Assembly (NCBI GenBank): GCA_047617745.1
Contig: JBLGBN010000005.1
Coordinates: 1-36,590 of the forward strand
Direction of reading: 5' to 3'
DNA from: Candidatus Nanohaloarchaea archaeon
Lineage (GTDB): Archaea > Nanohalarchaeota > Nanosalinia > Nanosalinales > Nanosalinaceae
DNA length: 36,590 nucleotides
Shown here: piece by piece, positions 27,219 through 36,590 of the stretch
Position numbering within the stretch: position 1 is the first letter of the stretch
Layout of the letters: each line of letters starts with the position of its first letter
Program-made: the position numbers and the translations under genes
Notes under the pieces: model-generated
What the model was told of the DNA's origin: nothing
What the model saw: the letters and a program-made list of their open reading frames with translations, nothing else
Database searches by the model: none

Positions 27219-27416
27219 TTACTGAGATGCTTTGACGTCGTCAGCTTGCACTGTCTTCCGTCCAGCGTGGGAAGCGAATTCTTTTGCTTCTCTTGCTCTG
27301 TCCTCAGCGTAATCTTCCAGCTCATCTCTGAGTTCCTCTACTGCTCCTTCTGAAACTCTGTGAGCTCCTGCCTGTTTGATGATTCTCTTTACTGGTGCAA
27401 GTGGTAGTTCTGCCAT
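27219..27416 (-). CDS. Archaeal histone (HMf-like)
   Basis: [37 protein letters not shown] at 27423-27430. Confidence 0.96.
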   Translation of the reverse strand: MAELPLAPVKRIIKQAGAHRVSEGAVEELRDELEDYAEDRAREAKEFASHAGRKTVQADDVKASQ

Positions 27417-27626
27417 GTTGATTCACCTCCTTGTACAGAATAGATGTTTATTCTATAAAGAAATACATCAAGCTCCCTTATAAAGATAGTGTGGCTTTAG
27501 TGAACCTCTTCAGGCAGGAGCCGGGTTCTGAAATGGCTGGAAGCTAATCCAGTTGTTTAAACCGGCTAAAAATGTAATAAGGGATTAAAGAGAAAACTGA
27601 TTGAGTTTTCGGCGGTAACCCGGGCA

Positions 27627-28283
27627 CTAGACCTTTTTCATCTCGATTTCGAGCCCTTCTTCAGTATCGGCTACAGCATAGTAGCCCTCCATGACCGGCC
27701 CAGGATTGACTATTTCAGTCCCTGCTAGACGGTCTTTACCTCTTGATTCATGGATATGACCTGTCAAGATGAGCTCGAAGTCTTTATCCATGATCAGTTC
27801 TCTTACATCTTCACTTCCAACATGGTTCCCATCCGCAATATCTAACTCTGTATTTGCGGGAGGCTGGTGGATAACCCCGAACTTTCTGTCGGATTTCATC
27901 CGGCCGTAAAGTGTTTCAACGGCATTTTTGATCTCCTCACCTTCTGGTTCAAACGGTGTTCCGAAAGGAGTGATACCTCCGCCAAATCCGACGACTTCAA
28001 AGTCGTCAAAGCTTGCGATCTTCTTGTGGATATTCATTCTCCTCTGGATCAGTTCTCTAACACATTCTTCTTCTGGATCCATATTGCCGGGAACGGCCTT
28101 GGTCATAACTCCTTGCTCGTCGAATAGGTCAAGTACTTCTCCCAGTTGAGCTTCGTAATCGCTGAACTCGTTTGCGTCGCTTAGATCTCCGCCACACAGA
28201 ACTGCGTCATGAGGTTCTTTTTCCAGGATTTTCTCCAGCTTTTCTGTATCGCCGTGGATATCAGTAATCAGTAACAGTTTCAT
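27627..28283 (-). CDS. Calcineurin-like metallophosphoesterase
   Basis: TDIHG, GGDL, PGNMD, IHQPP, GHIHE, NPG motifs. Confidence 0.92.
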   Translation of the reverse strand: MKLLLITDIHGDTEKLEKILEKEPHDAVLCGGDLSDANEFSDYEAQLGEVLDLFDEQGVMTKAVPGNMDPEEECVRELIQRRMNIHKKIASFDDFEVVGFGGGITPFGTPFEPEGEEIKNAVETLYGRMKSDRKFGVIHQPPANTELDIADGNHVGSEDVRELIMDKDFELILTGHIHESRGKDRLAGTEIVNPGPVMEGYYAVADTEEGLEIEMKKV

Positions 28284-28388
28284 AACGGGTTATAGTAACT
28301 GCAGGGATTTATTTTTGATTGGTATATCAGAATACAGGTTCAACAAAAACTAATGCTTCCAGCAGCTAGCGGTTTCTCCAGGTTTCCT

Positions 28389-28913
28389 TTATGAGTTTTT
28401 CATGTAGAAAATAGCTCTTGACATAATTTCCTGGAGAACTATAATAGATGAGAGCCAGTATCCGAGGAACGAGGCTACATGACCTATTCCTTCGATATGT
28501 GGGAGTCTCAGGTATAATCCATTATGTGATATCTGAATGTAGAGAGCACGAATAGAAGCGCTGACTGGCTGACATTCCGGTCCGCCTCCTGTGAAATTAC
28601 AGCTGACATAGATGAAATAGAGCGGTATAAATGACACAATGGCGGCTAATATAGTTGGGAATAACCCTGTAACCCACTCGTTCTGGTACTTCTTTTCAAG
28701 TCCGGTTTTCAATCTAGGGTAGACTAGTCTAGAAATTAGGTAAGAGAACCCAAAGGACAAAGAGAGTAGTATTGCTGGACCTATAATATAGAGAGTTGAA
28801 AACTCAGAGGCTGCACTAGGTGCAGTAGAGACGAAGGGAATTACTATACGGGGCAAATAGTATCCTAATATCGGAAGCGCTAAAGCTGCAAAAACCTTAC
28901 GAAATACACCCAT
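28389..28913 (-). CDS. Multi-pass membrane protein, hypothetical
   Basis: About 4 hydrophobic helices with a Cys pair in a loop; AT-rich codons. Confidence 0.65.
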   Translation of the reverse strand: MGVFRKVFAALALPILGYYLPRIVIPFVSTAPSAASEFSTLYIIGPAILLSLSFGFSYLISRLVYPRLKTGLEKKYQNEWVTGLFPTILAAIVSFIPLYFIYVSCNFTGGGPECQPVSASIRALYIQISHNGLYLRLPHIEGIGHVASFLGYWLSSIIVLQEIMSRAIFYMKNS

Positions 28914-28998
28914 AACTGAAAAAATATGAGATAGGGCTACTTAAATCTACTTCCAGATTCCACCTATTTCTTAACTTTCAATCTCGGTTAGTTATCCT

Positions 28999-31407
28999 AT
29001 GAAACAGAAAATCCAGGTAATCGATGCCGACTACAGAATTGAAGATGAGGAAGTAACAGTCCGCTGCTTCGGAAAGTCGGAGAATGGAGAAAATGTTCTC
29101 TTCACTGACTCCGGTTTTCTTCCTTATGTCTACGCTATCCCTGCTGAAGGCGCTGAAATCGATGATTTGAGGGAGAAGATTAGAGAGGCTGAGTTCGAGG
29201 AGGAAGGAGAACCTCTACCTGTCAGAAAAGTAGAAAGAGTAGAGATGGTTGACGGGAAAGAAGAAAAAGAAGTACTAAAGGTTTATAGCAACGTACCGCC
29301 TAAAATACCGAAACTGAAGAACAAGCTCTGGGAAATGGAAGAAATCAGAGAGTGCAGAGAGTTTGATATACCTTTCTACAAGCGTTATCTGATAGATAAA
29401 GGTGTCAAGCCCGGTACCTGGATAGAGATCGAGGGCGATAAAGTTGAGTCAGACTGGTTTGATGTTCGGCTGAAGGCTGAAGAAATACGGACCGACATCG
29501 GTTTGGATGATGAGGTCGACTGGAACACTGCCGCTTTCGATCTAGAGGTATACCAGGATCGAATAATTATGGCTTCGATCTATTCGGAAGACCGTCAAAA
29601 GGTTTTCACCACAGAGAAGATTGACCGCGACTTTGTTGAAACTGTAGATACCGAGAGAGAAATAATTGTCCAACTAATAGATCTGGTTAGAGACCGGGAT
29701 ATCGATATACTGCTTGGATATAACACTGACGAGTATGATTTCGATGTCCTCAGGGAAAGGTCAGATGAGTACGGGTTGGAGCTGGCAATGGGACGGGATG
29801 GAGAGAGAATGAAGTTCAACAGGAGAGGAAGATTTTCCGGGGCAAGACTCAAGGGAAGGATGCACCTTGATCTCTATCCTTTTGTTTCCCATGTTCTTTC
29901 TCCCGGACTGGATTCTGAGACACTTGATCTTGACTCCGTCGCCAACGAGATGCTTGACATGAACAAAGACGAACTGACCTGGGAGGAGATGAAGGCTTCA
30001 TGGAGAAACAAAGAGGATTTAGAGGTTTTCGCTGATTATGCATTGAGAGACTCGGAATTAACCTACAAACTTGGAAAAGAGATTGCGCCGCAGATACTGG
30101 AACTCTCAAAGATCACAGGGCTTATTCCGTTCGATGCCTGCCGGCTTACATATGGTCAGCTGACGGAGAACTATCTATTGAGGGAGGCTCACGAGAGAGG
30201 TATGCTCGCGAGAAACAGGCCTTCCCGAGATAAGAGAAGAAACAGGAGAAGACAGGGTGCGTACTCAGGTGGTTTTGTCTACACGCCGGACGCAGGTTTA
30301 TACGAGAACATAGCTCTCTTCGACTTCAAATCTCTTTACCCGACTGTAATGGTCGCACATAATATCTCTCCCGACACATTGAACCTGGAGGAGTGCGATA
30401 ACAGGTTTAAGCTGGAGGAGTTCGACTATGATTTCTGTCAGGATCAGCAGGGTTTCTTCCCGGAACTGGTTGAAGAGCTGGTTGAGGACCGTTCCCGTCT
30501 GAAAGAGGAGATGGAAGAGCTTGATGAAGAGAGCTCCCGTTACAAGAACCTGAACAACAGGCAGCAGGCAGAGAAAATACTGGCTAACTCTTTCTACGGC
30601 TATCTTGGTTATAACGGAGCTCGCTGGTACTCCCGAGAATGTGCAGAAGCAACGACCTATCTAGGGAGAGAATATATTCAGGATACTATCGAGCTGGCTG
30701 AGGAGGAAGGTTTTGAGATCGTATACGGAGACACTGACAGCGTGTTTCTGAAAGGTGAGAACATCCGTGAGCGAATGGATTCGTTCCTTGAAAAAGTGAA
30801 TGACGACCTTCCGGAGTTCATGAAGCTGGAGTTTGAAGGCTTTTTCGAGACAGGATTCTTTACCTCGACCGACTCTGGAGAAGGCGCCAAAAAGAAGTAC
30901 GCGCTGATGGATGAAGATGGAAAGATGAAGATCACAGGCTTTGAACATGTAAGACGGGACTGGTCTCCTATCGCCAAGAAAACGCAGAAAAAGGTGTTGC
31001 AGAAGGTTCTTGAGGGCGATATCGATGAGGCGGTTGAAATAGCTAAGGATACCATAGAGGAGCTTAGAGAGGGAGAAGTTCCTGTGGAGGATCTGAGGAT
31101 TTACACCACTCTGAACAAGAAGCCGGAAAACTATGATTCCACTGCTCCGCATGTAGAGGCTGCCAAAAGAGCGATCGAGAGAGGTTCCGATATCTCCCCT
31201 GGTTCCACGATATCCTATGTTATAACTAGAGGTGGAGGAGGGATATCTCAGAGGGCTGAAGTGCTTGAATATGCTGACAGCTACGATGCTGAATACTATG
31301 TTGAGAATCAGGTTCTCCCTGTCGTTCTCAGGGTTCTGAAGGTGTTCGGTTATACAGATGGTCAGTTGAAGGGAGAAGGCAAGCAAAGCGGTTTAGACCG
31401 TTTCTAG
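28999..31407 (+). CDS. polB: Family B DNA polymerase with proofreading domain
   Basis: Exo motifs FDLE, YNTDEYD, YALRD; pol motifs DFKSLYP, KILANSFYGY, YGDTDS, KKKY; C-terminal PIP-like QSGLDRF; no intein. Confidence 0.97.
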   Translation: MKQKIQVIDADYRIEDEEVTVRCFGKSENGENVLFTDSGFLPYVYAIPAEGAEIDDLREKIREAEFEEEGEPLPVRKVERVEMVDGKEEKEVLKVYSNVPPKIPKLKNKLWEMEEIRECREFDIPFYKRYLIDKGVKPGTWIEIEGDKVESDWFDVRLKAEEIRTDIGLDDEVDWNTAAFDLEVYQDRIIMASIYSEDRQKVFTTEKIDRDFVETVDTEREIIVQLIDLVRDRDIDILLGYNTDEYDFDVLRERSDEYGLELAMGRDGERMKFNRRGRFSGARLKGRMHLDLYPFVSHVLSPGLDSETLDLDSVANEMLDMNKDELTWEEMKASWRNKEDLEVFADYALRDSELTYKLGKEIAPQILELSKITGLIPFDACRLTYGQLTENYLLREAHERGMLARNRPSRDKRRNRRRQGAYSGGFVYTPDAGLYENIALFDFKSLYPTVMVAHNISPDTLNLEECDNRFKLEEFDYDFCQDQQGFFPELVEELVEDRSRLKEEMEELDEESSRYKNLNNRQQAEKILANSFYGYLGYNGARWYSRECAEATTYLGREYIQDTIELAEEEGFEIVYGDTDSVFLKGENIRERMDSFLEKVNDDLPEFMKLEFEGFFETGFFTSTDSGEGAKKKYALMDEDGKMKITGFEHVRRDWSPIAKKTQKKVLQKVLEGDIDEAVEIAKDTIEELREGEVPVEDLRIYTTLNKKPENYDSTAPHVEAAKRAIERGSDISPGSTISYVITRGGGGISQRAEVLEYADSYDAEYYVENQVLPVVLRVLKVFGYTDGQLKGEGKQSGLDRF

Positions 31408-31477
31408 GAACGTATAGATCAGGTTTTCTTCCAGCTACTATCTGTTTAAAAGATTTGATTCAGAATCTGTTTCTGTT

Positions 31478-31750
31478 ATGAGCATTAATTTAACTGGAGC
31501 AGAAGAGATCAAGCCGAAGTACGATCAAGAGGTCGAAAGTCTGGCTGATGAAGTAGAGAATTTGATATCTTGGGGGATCAATACCCAGGAAACGATCAAG
31601 GGTTATCTTAGCAGTGAAGAAACATGGAACTCAGCTAAACAGGTCGGTAAGCTTGAGGACGCTCTGGATTATCTAGAGACTGAAGGAAGGATAACTAAGA
31701 CTTTCAAGAAATACGACGACTTTGATATAGGGTATGTCTCTCTAGATTAA
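31478..31750 (+). CDS. Small hypothetical protein, possibly wHTH
   Basis: LEDALDYLETEGRITK pattern; TATA-like TTTAAA ~27 nt upstream. Confidence 0.65.
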   Translation: MSINLTGAEEIKPKYDQEVESLADEVENLISWGINTQETIKGYLSSEETWNSAKQVGKLEDALDYLETEGRITKTFKKYDDFDIGYVSLD

Positions 31751-32410
31751 TCATTTGAAAACTTCCCCGGTCTTCATCGACCAGAGAACAAGATCCAGTG
31801 CCTTGATTTCTATCCCTATTTCTTCTGCAAACTCATTAAGTTCTTCCTCCATCTTCAGGTATTCCTCTCTGTTAGCAGGGTTTTCAGATTCCCCTATAAC
31901 GCCTAGTTCATACATTTGTGAAACTATGTGGGTTGAAATTATTGCGAAACTATCTCCGTAACCTATATTCCGCAGGAAGTGGGAGGCTCCTTTCCAGCTT
32001 ATACCTGATATATTATCCACTAACCATTTCCGGGTTTTCTCCAGGTTCTCTTCGTCCAGCTTCTCTCTAAGCTTGAGTTCATTAGTTGGGTTGGAAAGTG
32101 TAGGCTGTGAGAGCTGTTCCCGGTTTTCTATAATGTAATCGGCTTTACTCTTCTCATACTGTACACCATTTCTTTCCAGAACTTTAGCTATCTGCTCTTT
32201 GTTTCCCTCTATCAGAAGGTTCTTGTCGTCAAGTTCTTCTGTCGCCTTCCAGGCTTTCTGAGCCTCTGTCTGGGATGTTAGAATCACGAAAACGAGTTCC
32301 ATGAAGAGACGGTAGTCATTCTCATCTCTCAATTCGTCGAACTCTGACAGACGTTTTTCGATCTCTTCTTTTCTGTCCCTGTAATTTTCTTTAACTTTCT
32401 CTGCTTTCAT
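31751..32410 (-). CDS. ogg: 8-oxoguanine DNA glycosylase/AP lyase (OGG2 family), with atypical active site
   Basis: ELVFVILT, HhH GISWKGASHFLRNIG, LDLVLW, terminal GEVFK. Confidence 0.85.
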   Translation of the reverse strand: MKAEKVKENYRDRKEEIEKRLSEFDELRDENDYRLFMELVFVILTSQTEAQKAWKATEELDDKNLLIEGNKEQIAKVLERNGVQYEKSKADYIIENREQLSQPTLSNPTNELKLREKLDEENLEKTRKWLVDNISGISWKGASHFLRNIGYGDSFAIISTHIVSQMYELGVIGESENPANREEYLKMEEELNEFAEEIGIEIKALDLVLWSMKTGEVFK

Positions 32411-33219
32411 CAGTTCAGTTCCTGTTCTATAGCTGCTCTGATTGATGAGTACTCGTTGCTTGGAATTCTCTGCCCGTTGACGAAGACTGAAGGTGTTCCT
32501 GTAACACCGTTACTTGATCCCTGAGATCTATCGGACTGTACCTCGTTAATTGTTTCCTGACTTGAGATACAGGATCTTAGTTCGTCAGTATTCACATTCT
32601 CGGTAGCTTCTTCCGCGATTTGAATGAATAGATCTGTTGAACCCCAGTCAGCGTCATTTTGATGATTGAACATTTCGCTGTGGAAACTCCAGAACTCTTC
32701 ATTGCTTCCGGTTTGCTGGTAGACGCATTCGCTGGCTACTGCTGCATCAGTTGATTCCGGTCCGAGGAACGCGTAGTTAATCCAGTAGAACTTGACCTGG
32801 CCCGTACTGATGTAGTTCTCCTCAAGCTGCTGGTGTGCGCCAGCCTCAAATGTTCTGCAGTGCGGACAGGAGTAATCTCCAAACTCGACTACTGTGACGT
32901 TGGCATCAGGGTTGCCTTGGAAGGGCTCGTCTTCAAGGTCGAATTCCCCTGATGTTGTTCCACCTACGTTCATTGCATTGTATGCTTGGTAGCCGAGCAC
33001 AGCTACCACCAGTAGAGCGCCTCCAATTGCCAGTGCCTGACCGCCAAGTTTCTTCCTTCTTCTCATTTTCTCGGATTTCTTCTCCTCAAGTTTTTTCTCC
33101 GCTTTCTTTACTTTCTCTTTGTCGTGGGAGCTAAGCTCTTCTTCGTGCTCTTTGCCCCAGTGAACGTACATGTCCTCTTCGGAGTCAAACTCTTCGTCAC
33201 AGTATTTGCAATCTTTCAT
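32410..33219 (-). CDS. Membrane-anchored DsbA/BdbD-like thioredoxin-fold protein with N-terminal C2H2 zinc finger
   Basis: CKYC..H....H, TM helix, GNPDANVTVVEFGDYSCPHC, GVTGTPSVFVNG. Confidence 0.9.
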   Translation of the reverse strand: MKDCKYCDEEFDSEEDMYVHWGKEHEEELSSHDKEKVKKAEKKLEEKKSEKMRRRKKLGGQALAIGGALLVVAVLGYQAYNAMNVGGTTSGEFDLEDEPFQGNPDANVTVVEFGDYSCPHCRTFEAGAHQQLEENYISTGQVKFYWINYAFLGPESTDAAVASECVYQQTGSNEEFWSFHSEMFNHQNDADWGSTDLFIQIAEEATENVNTDELRSCISSQETINEVQSDRSQGSSNGVTGTPSVFVNGQRIPSNEYSSIRAAIEQELN

Positions 33220-33274
33220 TATATTCCAAGATTGTCACGGCATGTTTTTAATTCAATTTGTGTATGTACTTAAT

Positions 33275-33805
33275 ATGAGCTTAGTTACCGAGATTCTCGC
33301 AGCAGGAGTGCTTCTGGTCGATATCGGTCTCCTCGCCAGTTTGATTATTTTTGGACTGAAAAAAGCAGGTTACAGTTTTGAAATAGTATCTAGAATCGAG
33401 GAGTTTATATCGGATTACTCAACCGAGATAGTGTTTGGTTTTGCCACAATTGCAACCATTGGAAGCCTGTACTTATCAAATATTCTTGGCTATGAACCTT
33501 GCAGGCTCTGCTGGTTCCAGAGAATCTTCATGTATCCTATTGCAGTTCTTTCAGGAACCGCTTTATTCCTTGATAAATCCGATCTGAGAGATTATGTTCT
33601 GCCTCTTGCAATGATAGGATCCCCGATTGGGTTTTATCATTTCATGATTCAGAGGTTTGAACAGTTCTCGTCTGCAGGTTGCTCTATTACAGCAGTGAGC
33701 TGCTCGACCGAATACACTTTCCACTATGGTTACATCACGATTCCGGTGATGGCTTTCACAGCTTTCATGGCTATAATACTGGTGCTCTGGAGATTTGACG
33801 ATTAA
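33275..33805 (+). CDS. Disulfide bond formation protein, DsbB/BdbC family
   Basis: GSLYLS..PCRLCWFQRIFMYP, second Cys pair, ITIPVMA; ATG 33275 preferred over the overlapping 33170. Confidence 0.92.
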   Translation: MSLVTEILAAGVLLVDIGLLASLIIFGLKKAGYSFEIVSRIEEFISDYSTEIVFGFATIATIGSLYLSNILGYEPCRLCWFQRIFMYPIAVLSGTALFLDKSDLRDYVLPLAMIGSPIGFYHFMIQRFEQFSSAGCSITAVSCSTEYTFHYGYITIPVMAFTAFMAIILVLWRFDD

Positions 33806-33838
33806 AGGAAAAAACACCTTTAGGATAGAATCGGGAAG

Positions 33839-34117
33839 CTAGTTGATGTCAAGATGTTTCTCGTACATGAAGCAGACATCTTCATCTATGTCTTCCAGTA
33901 CTTCAACCACCTTGTCTCTGATCTCTCCGCTTGTCACTACATCGTCTTCGTGTTCATGGACCCATTTGATGACTCGATGCTTGGCTTTATCCGCTAGCTC
34001 TACAGCCTGGTCCTCGTTATAATGTGATTCTCTTGCAGGATAGTAGATCGAGTCCCAGAGCTTTCCTTCATCAAGTTCTTCCTTGAATCCTTCCTGTTTC
34101 ACGATCTTTTTTCCCAT
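33839..34117 (-). CDS. Stand-alone ATP-cone domain protein
   Basis: IVKQEGFKEELDEGKLWDSI..VTSGEIRDKVVEVL. Confidence 0.75.
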   Translation of the reverse strand: MGKKIVKQEGFKEELDEGKLWDSIYYPARESHYNEDQAVELADKAKHRVIKWVHEHEDDVVTSGEIRDKVVEVLEDIDEDVCFMYEKHLDIN

Positions 34118-34121
34118 TTAA

Positions 34122-34850
34122 TCACCCGAATCTGATTATACCTGTCGCCAGTACCAGCAGGATCCAGCCGAGGTAGATCATCAGGAGTCCTGCGGTCATT
34201 CTCATCTTGGCTTTGTTCATGTGTTTCCATTTCTTCATATCGTCTACCTTCTTGCTTCCGAAGTAGGAGAATACTACTATCGCGATCAATGGTGCTACGA
34301 AGATCAGGTTGTATATTATCATCAACCCGACAGCTATCAGAGGGATTCCGGTCGCGCCCTGCATCATTGTCTGCTGGATGATCGTCAGTATAGCCAGGTA
34401 AGGTCCACCTGTGCAAGGAAGCTCCACTGCAGCCACAAAGATACCGAGCACTACTGCGGCCGGAACGGTGAGATTCTCCATCTTGTCGGCTATCTTCTCG
34501 GCGTAATCCTCCGGTATCATCAGGGAACTACCCTTACCGTACCAGAAGAAGTCCTTGACCTCAAGTAGCCCTCCGAATATCACGATCAGGGCTACAAATA
34601 CCGTTACGTAGTTGGCTACCTGAACCGGTATACTTGTTAACGCGTAAAGTATTCCGATCCCTGCGAGCAGATAGGTCAGGAATACGAAGAATATGTAGAT
34701 TGCTCCGACTTTTAGTATGTCTTTCTGTCTGTCCTGCTTGATCAATGTAGCAACCAGTAGAAGCGCTACACCAATTGCACATGGGTTGATTGAGTCAACT
34801 GCCGCGGTTATAATTACTGCTCCGAGCGTTGGAAGTGTTGCTGTTACCAT
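34122..34850 (-). CDS. CcdA/DsbD-type transmembrane electron transporter
   Basis: DSINPCA and ELPCTGGPY Cys motifs within about six TM helices. Confidence 0.85.
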   Translation of the reverse strand: MVTATLPTLGAVIITAAVDSINPCAIGVALLLVATLIKQDRQKDILKVGAIYIFFVFLTYLLAGIGILYALTSIPVQVANYVTVFVALIVIFGGLLEVKDFFWYGKGSSLMIPEDYAEKIADKMENLTVPAAVVLGIFVAAVELPCTGGPYLAILTIIQQTMMQGATGIPLIAVGLMIIYNLIFVAPLIAIVVFSYFGSKKVDDMKKWKHMNKAKMRMTAGLLMIYLGWILLVLATGIIRFG

Positions 34851-35744
34851 CTAGAAGCCCTCACCTTGCTTGGTGATACCCATGCCCTCGTACTTATCGT
34901 CATCTCTAACATCCTGGAGAGCATCTTCAACAGGTTTTGAGTCGTATACAATGAATATATCGTCCAGTGTTGGACCTCTCTTGTAGGGAGAGATAACATA
35001 GTTTGAAGGTGTTGTGGCAAGTTCTCCCTCTGATGTTCTGCATATGTCTTCTTCGCTCAGGTTACTGCTCTGCTCTATTGCACACCATTCACGGTTTCCT
35101 CCAGCCCCTCGCTTTACAAGAATCTTCAGGGTCTGACCGCTTCCTTCTGCTTTCTGAACTACCCTATCATTTGTTGGGTAGACCAGTTCGGTGTTGCTAA
35201 GTTTTCCTCCGAATGTCTCGAAGTATGCCGAAAGTACTGCGTCCTCTCTTTCCTTGAATATTCCCTCGAGATGTATTCTATCATCGTTATGCTCGTGGTA
35301 CTTGGTGCTTCCTGTTCTATCGTTGAGGGAACACATCGTAGAGGATTCATGTGTTGTTTCGTCACAGAAATTGGTAGGGTCGATCAGATCTAGCTGGTTG
35401 TACTCACCGTTTTCTTCTACTATTACCTCGTAGTCGGCGTGCCAGTGGATTTCGCCGCCACTCCAAGAAGTCTGGCTCTGGTGGACGAAGGCGCCTGCTG
35501 TATAAAGTGAGGGAACAAGCACTGCTACAAGAAAACCGTTCATAAGCAGGTTCTTGTCTCTCAGCGTCAGGTCTTCCTCTCTGTAGAAAGAGATAGCTGC
35601 GAATAATATACTGGAAATGAATCCTGTGTAAATTACAGGCATAACGTAATTAATCAGGTTTAACTCGGGTAAGTAAAGGATAGCTGCGACTGTTGCTAGG
35701 ACTGCTATTACTACTGATCCGGCTATCCTGTTTGGAATGTTCAT
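34851..35744 (-). CDS. Membrane protein with a His-rich extracytoplasmic domain
   Basis: Three TM helices, then IHWHADY and YHEHNDDRIHLEG motifs, paired Cys. Confidence 0.8.
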   Translation of the reverse strand: MNIPNRIAGSVVIAVLATVAAILYLPELNLINYVMPVIYTGFISSILFAAISFYREEDLTLRDKNLLMNGFLVAVLVPSLYTAGAFVHQSQTSWSGGEIHWHADYEVIVEENGEYNQLDLIDPTNFCDETTHESSTMCSLNDRTGSTKYHEHNDDRIHLEGIFKEREDAVLSAYFETFGGKLSNTELVYPTNDRVVQKAEGSGQTLKILVKRGAGGNREWCAIEQSSNLSEEDICRTSEGELATTPSNYVISPYKRGPTLDDIFIVYDSKPVEDALQDVRDDDKYEGMGITKQGEGF

Positions 35745-35761
35745 TCAATCATCTCGTGTAT

Positions 35762-35926
35762 TTAACAGAACTGGCAGACTTCTTCCTGTTCGCCTTCCTG
35801 TTCCTCGTATTTTTCTTCACAGTTCTCACAGCAGAACTTTTTACCGTCTTTTTCCACATGGTCGTCCGGGTCGATTTCTTTGCCACAGACGTAACATTCG
35901 TCTCCACTGCTTCCGAGTATTCCCAT
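35762..35926 (-). CDS. 54-aa Cys-rich metal-binding protein (TRASH/YHS-like), missed by the ORF track
   Basis: MGILGSSGDECYVCGKEIDPDDHVEKDGKKFCCENCEEKYEEQEGEQEEVCQFC; CxxC..FCCxxC plus terminal CxxC; fills the gap between two same-strand genes. Confidence 0.85.
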   Translation of the reverse strand: MGILGSSGDECYVCGKEIDPDDHVEKDGKKFCCENCEEKYEEQEGEQEEVCQFC

Positions 35927-35952
35927 ATCCAACCCTTGTCAATACTTGATTA

Positions 35953-36590
35953 TTAAACTTGCCCGGCAAAGTACCGGTTGAAGATTTTGGTCATTCCTAC
36001 AGAGAGAACCCAGAATCCGGTTACTCCTAATCCAAGCACTACCCACTGTTCCAGCCCGAGTACGGAGGTTTCAAAGTAGCTAGATAGCGGTGTGTAAAGC
36101 ACCAGTAGCTGGAGAAGTATTGAAGATCCAAGCGCTCCTGCCAGCCATTTATTGGAGAGGATCGACTGGTCATAACGGTTCCTGATGATCTGTATTCTGA
36201 TCATCTCCACCATCACCAAGAAGGTGAATAGCACTGTTTGAGCTACTACAAGCCCTAGACTGAGGGAATGGAAGAACAGTGGTAGACCGGTCAGAGTCAT
36301 TATAACACCGATTCCGGCTATCGAGGCCATCATTCTCCTACTGATAACAGGTTCATCCTGGCCACGTGGATCTCTCTCCATTATCCCCTCCGATTTTGGA
36401 TCCGCTCCAAGCGCAAGAGCCGGCAAACCGTCTGTTACAAAGTTGATCCATAGGAGCATTATGGGTGTCAGTATCAGTGCTTCGGAGCTGGAACTGCTGA
36501 AAACTTCAGGGAAGAAAGCGGTTCCCAGCAGTATTCCGAAGAAAACCACAAGCACCTCTCCTGCGTTGGCTGAAAGCAGGTAGTTCACGA
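35953..36590 (-). CDS. Cation-transporting P-type ATPase (type II, Ca2+-like), C-terminal part; 5' end outside the window
   Basis: YLLSANAGE (M5) and LLWINFVTDGLPALALG (M6), IMERDPR. Confidence 0.92.
   Translation of the reverse strand, partial: VNYLLSANAGEVLVVFFGILLGTAFFPEVFSSSSSEALILTPIMLLWINFVTDGLPALALGADPKSEGIMERDPRGQDEPVISRRMMASIAGIGVIMTLTGLPLFFHSLSLGLVVAQTVLFTFLVMVEMIRIQIIRNRYDQSILSNKWLAGALGSSILLQLLVLYTPLSSYFETSVLGLEQWVVLGLGVTGFWVLSVGMTKIFNRYFAGQV

Noticed and set aside
30661..31386. 241-aa antisense ORF within polB, and the many other antisense or nested ORFs in the track
   Set aside because: Shadow frames of strongly supported genes; Ser/Phe/Leu-rich as expected from the reverse complement of Glu/Lys-rich codons
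28999..31407. Intein-containing or inactivated PolB
   Set aside because: Length is normal and all exonuclease and polymerase motifs are contiguous and intact

Overview
Gene-dense archaeal chromosomal window. Archaeal histones, RadA, RPA, family-B polymerase, an intron-containing tRNA, strongly Glu/Asp-rich proteins, moderate GC and very short intergenic gaps suggest a nanohaloarchaeon (DPANN); this assignment is inference. Housekeeping content includes MscS, tRNA-Thr(CGU) with a 67-nt intron, M29 aminopeptidase, ThpR, a PRC-barrel protein, histone-rpa-radA, gloA/NikR-like/ZIP, grpE-dnaK-(orphan)-dnaJ, a YprB-like exonuclease, a second histone, PolB, an Ogg-like glycosylase, a DsbA/DsbB/CcdA redox cluster and a partial P-type ATPase, plus two clusters of surface proteins. 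The most notable unexplained element is a ~590-nt minus-strand locus (about 25801-26389) with its own TATA box, a T-rich terminator and many helices whose G-U pairs identify the strand. It looks like a large structured RNA that I cannot match to RNase P or SRP RNA, and it contains a short acidic reading frame with some tmRNA-tag-like features. Other observations: a possible capstone histone variant, an Ogg lacking the catalytic Asp, a probable CUG start, a start-less YadA-head-like frame, small ORFs missed by the track, and a repeat-structured 400-bp intergenic region. No CRISPR array, integrase or transposase was seen.
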